From Nemertoderma westbladi (Eukaryota; Animalia; Xenacoelomorpha), in the NCBI GenBank assembly GCA_032718475.1, contig JAUCBJ010008738.1, forward strand, positions 1 to 40,071: DNA of 40,071 nt, written 5' to 3'. Positions within the stretch are counted from its first letter, which is position 1. The number at the start of each line of letters is the position of its first letter. Of this stretch, positions 32,825-40,071 are shown piece by piece. The notes beneath the pieces were generated by a model. That model made no database searches and was not told the DNA's origin. It saw only the letters and a program-made list of their open reading frames with translations. The position numbers were made by a program, and so were the translations under genes.

Positions 32825-32839
32825 TATGTACCCTACTAC

Positions 32840-33170
32840 TACTATGGTATGCCTACATACCCTTTACTTTCTTAGTACGTGGCGCTCTCGGTGCCCACAA
32901 CTTCTAACTTCTATGGTACTATGTACCCTAATACTGCTACTATGGTATACCTACATACCACACCCTTCACTCTCTCTCAACGTGGCGCTTTCGGTGCCCT
33001 CAACCCCTCTGCTACTACCTCTATGGTATACCTACATACCATACCCTCTACTCTCTTACTACGTGGCGCTTTCGGTGCCCACAACCCCTCTGCCACTACT
33101 TATATGGTATACCTACATACCATACCCTCTACTCTCTTACTATGTGGCGCTTTCGGTGCCCACAACCTCT
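32840..33170. repeat. 81-bp tandem array, second module
   Basis: GTGGCGCT(C/T)TCGGTGCCC units at 32878, 32982, 33063 and 33144. Confidence 0.88.
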
Positions 33171-33761
33171 AACTCTCTCGGTACTATGTACCTACTACTA
33201 CTCTCGTGGTATGTCTATATACCACACTCCCTAATCTCTAACTTCTAACTCTCCTCTTACTCTTACTAACTTCTACTAACTTTCTAACTTCTTACTTCTT
33301 ACTAACTCTTACTAACTTCTAACTCTTACGGTACTATGTACCCTGCTACTATTCTCATGGTAGGTTAATATACCATTACTACTACTTAGTGCTACATACT
33401 ATCTACTACTATTACTTTCTACTATCTCACTTCTTATTTTATTATTTTATTATTATTTATTTTTATATTTTGTGTGGGAAGGGCGTCTCGCCCTCATTCC
33501 CACACCCTTCAGTCCAACATATTGGACGACTAAACTTCAAGGGCGATTCTTCCAGCAGGCACTCTCCCACTGCCCCCCTGTAGGTCCTCTTATCCTTCGC
33601 CCCACTCTCCTTGTCAATTCCAACTCTCTAGGAATTGATTCTCCCTCCTCCACCACCCTAAAATCGGGTCTTTCAGTCGCCTTCTTGATTTCCTCATAGT
33701 CCTCTGGCAGCAAAATGCCACCCTTCATCTTGTCGTCACCTGGCGGTAGAATGAAAAGAAA

Positions 33762-36700
33762 TCAAAAGAATAGATAGAACAGAATGGATAATAGTAATCC
33801 TATCCCTTTCCACCCTGTCTTCTTATTTGACCTCCCACTTTTCGATATGCCTCTCAACCGGACCAGTGTCTCCTCCGGACATCTCGCCATCCACTCTTCT
33901 TCATCCTCATACCGATACTTGCTGGGAACATCCTTGTTCCATCCTATCATCTCTAAGTCTTCCGCGTCAAATCCATTCTCCTCCTCCCACTCTCTTGCTG
34001 TTGCTTCCCCTCCTGACTCATCTACCGACGGTATTTCTCTGGAACTATCCTCTACCCTTTCATGATGCTCCACTATGCGTGGTTCCAGATCCATACCCAA
34101 CTCCTGGTATCCTTCCCTGGGCCGCTTCTCACATGGGACCTCCCCATCGTCCATCTCTTGTTTCTCCTCTACGTCCTCAACAGTGCCTGATAGCATGCAC
34201 CCTGATGTCTCCGACACCCTGAATGGAATCTTGGTTTTTATTGGGCCGCTAAGCGTCCATCCGAACGGCGTGATAATCGCCGTCGGATCCCACTGCTTAT
34301 TCTCTCCGAATATGGTCCTTACTCTCTCGTCGGACAATCCATTCCAACTATGATGGATAACTTTGAGATGTCCAGTTCCGGTATTGAGAAATCGATATCA
34401 TCCAGGAACCGGTATTGCTCGACCTCGATCCTGGTGGGTCGCCTGGTGTTTATATTAATCGATTCTATTATCTGAATGGGGTCGATGGTCGCCCCATAAT
34501 CACATCCTGGTGCTATTGCTGATATCTCGCACCGTCCCATTCTCATCTCCAGGACCTCATCCTTGCTCGAGATAGTAGTTACTGCCATCCTACTCGGCCT
34601 TGTCTGTAACCCTATCTCCTCGGCCACCCAATTCTCCACCAGCGTGAAGGCTGCTCTGCTGTCGACCAGCATCAATGTTGTGACTGATCGCCTGCCCTTT
34701 CCTGTTATCCTCACTGGTACTAACCCGAGTAGCACTGTCCTCTTCTTCTTTGCTCCTGTCGTGCTCGTAGCCATAGTTTGGCCTCCAGTCTCATCAGTCT
34801 CGTCGTATTCTTTCGGTGTTCCTCCACACTCTCCAAATCTGTGTCCTTCTACCACGCATCGATGACAAAGTCCGTTTGTATCTGCGTAGGCTACCCGATC
34901 TTGTTTAGGCAACGCTTGCCAATGTTTACAACTCATGGTCTTATGGGTTCTATCCCTATGCAATTGACATTCGTATCCTGGATTGTAGCGTTCCTTATAT
35001 AGCCCTTCACATATCGCGCGTAGGTTCATATCTACCAGTTTAGTGTTTTGGTTATTTGGACTTGGCCTACTGGGTATGTTGGGATTATATTTGTTCGTGT
35101 TGTTATTCTGTTTCTGTCCCTGCCACGGTGTGGCCCTACTCCCAGCTATCTGTGGACTTGTAGCCCCCTGCATGGCCGCATGTGGTAGCGACTGTCTCAC
35201 TCTCGGGAATGCATCTGCCGGATTATGTTCGGGTTTAGGCCTGTTGTACTCAGCTTTCGGCGCCCTCCCCAAACTATCCTCACTGTAGACTGGGTCTGTA
35301 ATCAACTCCACCTCATAGTTAAGGAAGTTCGACATCTCCTCTAAGCCTGGTTCCGCACCTTTCTTCTCCCAGGTGGAGAAGGTGATCTTTCTCCACTTGT
35401 TTCTTAGCCAGATTGGCAGTGCCTGCGCTATTGTGGTGACGTTATTCGATGCGTTGAGTTCGTAGGGCGCATCCAAGGTCTTCAGCACAATCAGTGCCTT
35501 TTCGACTTTATTCGCGAAAGTCTTATTGCTGACAGGGTTATCCTGTAAGCCACCTGATGTTATTCCCCTCAAGGTTTGCTGGATGATCTTGGCAGGGTGT
35601 CCGTATTCCCTGTCTAGGGCCCGCCATGCAGTCGTGAATCCACCCTCGATACCTTGATACTGCCTTACGATATCGTATGCTGGGCCCCCTATGTAAACTT
35701 GTAAATATTTTAGGCACTCCACCTGCGTCAGATTCTTTGTTAATATTTCATTACTGTACATGCGTTGGAATTGCAGATATTCTTCCGGCCTGCTTCCATC
35801 GAATTTGAACGGCTCCACTGGTGGCAGCTCGATCCTGGTCTTAAGCGCATCGATGAGTGTTGCCATTCCCATCGCCTGTACTTCTAGTGGGCTGGATGGA
35901 TGCTGTACAGACTTCCCTGTTGCTGGGTGCGGTTCGCCCATTGGGCCTGTCGACCTCTTCTGTGTTGGATATATAATTGGGGGTAATGGTCCCCCATATC
36001 TCTGTATCGCACGATCTATTTTGGTCCAAGGGGTTCGGGGTTTTTGTTCTTGGTTGAGTACATTGCTGATATTGTAATGGGGGAATGTCACCCTGCCCCC
36101 CCCCCCCCCCCCTGGTGTTATATTTGGTATTGGGGTTGATGTTACCATGTTAGGGCCCATACACCTATCGGCAATAACTCCCCCCTCCCCTGGGTATATG
36201 TTATGTCCTTGCATATGATAGTCATACTGGTGTGCAGGTACCGGTACAGGCCTATCCACCTACCTATCTACCTACCGGTATGTATGCCGCGACTTCCGGA
36301 TCTAATCCCGTTGTCCGCACTACCCTATCGCCTACACTATCTCTTCCAGCATGGCCTATAGTATGTGCGGTAAGGCCCACATTATGTCCTGCATTCTGCC
36401 TGTGTCATTCCGGACCGAAGTTTAATCTTCTCTAATATTCCAAGAAGTCCTCCCCGCGACTGCCGTACTCTCGATCGGCAGCTATATCCCATCGGGAAAT
36501 TTCTCTTTGATCCCCTCTCCTGTCCTCGTCCTCGCATCTGTACATCCTGTACCCTTCTCCTGGTGTGTGGTATATCTCACCAGGCTGCGTCTCTCCAGGG
36601 CGATGGCAATCTCCCGGAGTTCGACCCCACTGACTCTCTAACTCCATCTCTGCTACCGACGGTTCACAGTCCGCCCTTCCTCTCCGGTTGCTCGTAGCAA

Positions 36701-39359
36701 TGCTTCTTCTATTCTCTTCATTTCTTCTCTCTTCAGTGTAGCGATCCCCTTCGTGAGATCTCTCTTCGACCTCCCGGATAAACTCCACTGTTCTTCTTCT
36801 GTCTTCCTACTGGGCTCGACGTCTTGTCGCTTGCCCGCTCACGGCGCCAACCTTCCTCTCTCTACCCGGTTGGACGCTCTTGGGGATACTCGCAATCCCC
36901 CTACTATTCTCTGTCGTCGGGTGCCGCGGTTCACCTAACTCGCCGTGCGCATTGTCCACCAATACTTGTGGGACATTCGCTGCCCCCCCTCCCCCTCTCG
37001 CCACTAATCTCTCGTGGTGGGGTGCCCGTTGCCCACCCCCCCCCCCCCCCATTCGCCACCTCTCACTTCGCTACCTCCAACTTCGCTTCTACGCCCCTCT
37101 CTAGTCGACGCACTATATCTACTCCGGCTGAGTCTACTCACCCCCGCCTCTCCCTGTACGACTGCGTCGCCTTGCAGGCTCCCGTCGGGTTGACTCACCC
37201 CCGCTACTCCCTGCCTAACTATGTGGCCTTGCAGGCTGCCGTCGGGTTGACTCACCCCCGCTACTCCCTGCCTAACTACCTGGCCTTGCAGGCTCCCTCT
37301 GGTTGGACCACCTGTCTCCCCTACGTTAGTATTAATTGCACCGTTATTTATAATATTATTTTGATTAATTTCTCCGGGGTTATTATCTGATGCAACATTA
37401 TTATTTAAGTTATTTAAATTATTTAAATTATTTTGTTCAGAATTAGGGTTATTATTTGGATTACTTTGCACGTATAAATTAGAATTATTATTTGGATTAT
37501 TTTGTATATTCAGCATCCTCGGCTCCACAAAACTTATCGGTTACATTTTTTATTTAGGTCTTAAATATTTTTTAAATATTATTAACTAATATTAATTATT
37601 ATTTTATTTATTATTATTTATTAATTATTATATTATTTAATTATTATCAAGAAATTAATATGGCACAATTCAAAATTCTAACCGATAACTTTTGATGAAA
37701 ACCCGAAAAGAAATCAAACAAAAAAAAATTTCGAAAATTGGTTAAGAAATGGCTGAGTAGTAGTATTTTGAATGTGAAAATTACAATTCCGAGATAAACG
37801 CATTTAAATTTTAAGAACATTTCAAATGTTCCCACTATTTTCAGTAACTGGTATCTCCTTTTCTTTTCCCATTGGTTATCCCCTATCCATATTTTATGAT
37901 TTTTCAATGGATTTCATGAAATTTGGTTCAAAAAAACCCCTACCCACTTTTACCAACCTGTTTAAATAATTTTAGAGTGCTTGCCAAAAAACACTTCGCG
38001 CAGCACGTGAACAAATTTCATTTTGGCGTATTAATTTGATCGCATACTATTTCGTCATTTAGTAATAAATAGTCATGGAATAATGAGACAACCTTAACAA
38101 ACATTCAAAATTATATAAAAATTTCCACATAATTTTATAATAAGCCTTTACACAGAAATTAAGCTTTGCGCAGCACGTGAAACCTTCGCGCAGCACGTGA
38201 GACATTTGCGCAGCAGGTGAAGGTTTCACGTAGCACAAATTCTTCTCAAAGCACGTTAATTAATCGAGCACCTCGGAAAGCTTTTTATTTTGATCAGAAT
38301 GAGAAGCCTTCACGCGGCACATGAAAAGTTCATCCAGCACATGAAGACTTCGCGCAGCACGTGAATTATTCTCAGAGCCAGTGGAATTAAAAAAAAATAA
38401 GTTTCTGGTTGTTTCCCAGAATTATTACTAGCTATTGTTATATGATGGTTCACATTTGTTATTACTAGTAGACAACAAGTCCATTAGACAACTGTTCAAT
38501 ATGTAATATAAAACTCACAAATATCTATTAAATATATATTAATTAAAATTTGACGGAGATGTTGACAGGTAGACAGACATACAAACAGACAGACAGACAG
38601 ACAAACTGAGAGACAGACTGATATACAGACATACAGTAGTGATTAGATAATTCCAAATATGAAAACAGACATCGACATTAAGAAAAATCCTAACAGCAAA
38701 CATTTCAGATTGCTTATTTTATGCCCTTTTTAATATTTCGATGGACAGACAGACAGACATACAGAGGGAAAACCAGCCATTACTCGAGAAGTAAAAGAGA
38801 TCTGGCTAAGGCGTTTCCAGATTTGAAATCCGCATTAAATTCTACTCTAGATGAAATAAAAAAAACAAAAAAAACGAAAATTTTGACCTGAGGGGGGCGT
38901 ACACCCCCCCCCCCCTTAAATTAGTATTATTATTTGGTCTATTATTATTTGGGTTATTTTGCACATTTAAATTAATATTATTTGTATTATTTTGCACATT
39001 TAAATCAAAATTATTATTACCGGGTAAAGTATTATTTCCTGCAACAAAGGTTTGATGAGGGTTGTCTACTACGGTACTATTAATATTAATCCCTACTAAT
39101 GTATTATTATTACCCCCCCCCCCCCCCCCCCCCCCCCCGCCCGTACAGTTACACCAGTCCTGGGTCTGTCGTCTGGTGCCTGTAAGTGGGATATTAACAA
39201 ACGTTTCCATTACTTCTGGTTCCTTGTAAATACTACCCAAACCAGCCTCACTCTCCGATAATCCCAACTTCGCCAGTTCTAGCCAGCGTTTTTGCTTCGC
39301 CTGGTATTGCATAAGCCCCCTTAGCCGGGTGTGCATATCATCCCGCATACGCGTTCCCG

Positions 39360-39393
<34 letters not shown>

Positions 39394-40071
39394 GTCCTCT
39401 CTCAAACTTTGGTTGGCCAATTCTGCCTCCCTCGCCTCCCGCTCTCTACGCTCGTTCGTTTCCCTTTCTACCCTCGCTACCTCTCTCGCTTCTCTATTCT
39501 CGCCTCTCGCTCCTTGCGCTCGTTTATCTCTCTCTGTTCCCACTCCCTACAGTTTCTCGCCACCCTCTCGGCCCTCTCTTTACACTCTCTCGCTAACTCT
39601 CTCTCTTTCTCTAATAATGCGGTTCCCTCGTCCAGTTGCCTCTCCAACTCCCTCTGATCCAGCGCCACAAGGTCTAGTTTACACGCCAGATCTATCTCTA
39701 ATACCCTTCTTGCTTTTGCGGAGAATGTAGCGGACTTATCGGTCGCGACGGACTCCCGTCGCCTCTCTGTCCTACTAACTTTCCCCCGCTTTCTGGGATT
39801 CTCGCTGACCGACGACACCGAATCCTCGGGGTTAACCTCGGGTTCGCCATCGTGCGGGTCCGCCCAACCCACTAACTTAATTCCCCTAGCATCCACTAAG
39901 TAAGGCCCTATGTACACTATGTCTGGCTCCATCACCCCAGACCGCCACAATTCAAACAGTTCTGTGGCGACCCCCCTCGCTCTTTCACTCGCCAGTTCTC
40001 CCTGTCCAAAACGGACTAAATAGCGAAAATGTTTATTCGACTCACCTACTACTAGGATCAGCATGCTGCAT
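33762..40071 (-). pseudogene. Disrupted BEL gag-protease (stops, frameshifts and a 1.4-kb insertion)
   Basis: VNPEDSVSSVS N-terminal motif; ELPPVEPFKFDG..LKYL..EYGHP Gag core; CQLH..HKTMSC and CHRCVVEGHRFGEC knuckles; protease LVDSRA (DSG altered); frameshift into PTAIITPFGWTLSGP. Confidence 0.85.
37515..38915. mobile_element. DNA-transposon-like insertion in the Asn-rich gag repeat (one Kolobok-like end at TTAA; CGCGCAGCACGTGA repeats; (GACA)n)
   Basis: Gag N(V/I)QNNP repeats stop at CCCC|TTAA (38916-38919) and resume near 37512; no matching left terminus found. Confidence 0.5.

Larger units (their letters stand above)
27320..40071 (-). mobile_element. Second, older BEL/Pao-derived LTR element (gag-protease, no RT or integrase seen), 5' end beyond the window
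   Basis: BEL Gag and protease motifs at 33762-40071, then repeats and an extra ORF in place of pol. Confidence 0.7.

Noticed and set aside
37035-39138. Programmed frameshifts or G-quadruplex signals at poly-C runs
   Set aside because: Homopolymer length is error-prone and this gag already has several stops, so no mechanism can be inferred.

Overview
AT-rich eukaryotic (metazoan, probably invertebrate) DNA made almost entirely of nested transposable elements around one likely host gene. Element B (13275-24648, +) is a complete, very young BEL/Pao-type LTR retrotransposon with 1199-bp near-identical LTRs and a CGTTT target-site duplication. It encodes Gag plus protease but has no RT, and only relics of RNase H and integrase. 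It also carries an orphan 312-aa ORF in the env position. Element A (<1-8340, -) is a sister copy in head-to-head orientation with a longer Gag and a different U3. Neither copy has a TGG tRNA primer-binding site. Instead, the 12 nt after each 5' LTR are the exact reverse complement of a 12-mer inside the same LTR, with two compensatory changes between A and B, which suggests Tf1-like tRNA-independent self-priming in a BEL lineage. Element B sits inside a decayed BEL RT relic, within the inferred 12.8-kb intron of a secreted fibrinogen-related (FReD) gene (exons 12617-12736 and 25586-26284). A second, older RT-less BEL lineage occupies ~27320->40071 (-), with a duplicated 3' module, its own extra ORF, a nested RTE LINE (13-bp TSD) and a DNA-transposon fragment. 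LINE, IS3EU and Harbinger-MITE fragments fill the rest. All family calls come from motif recognition by eye; no database search was run.
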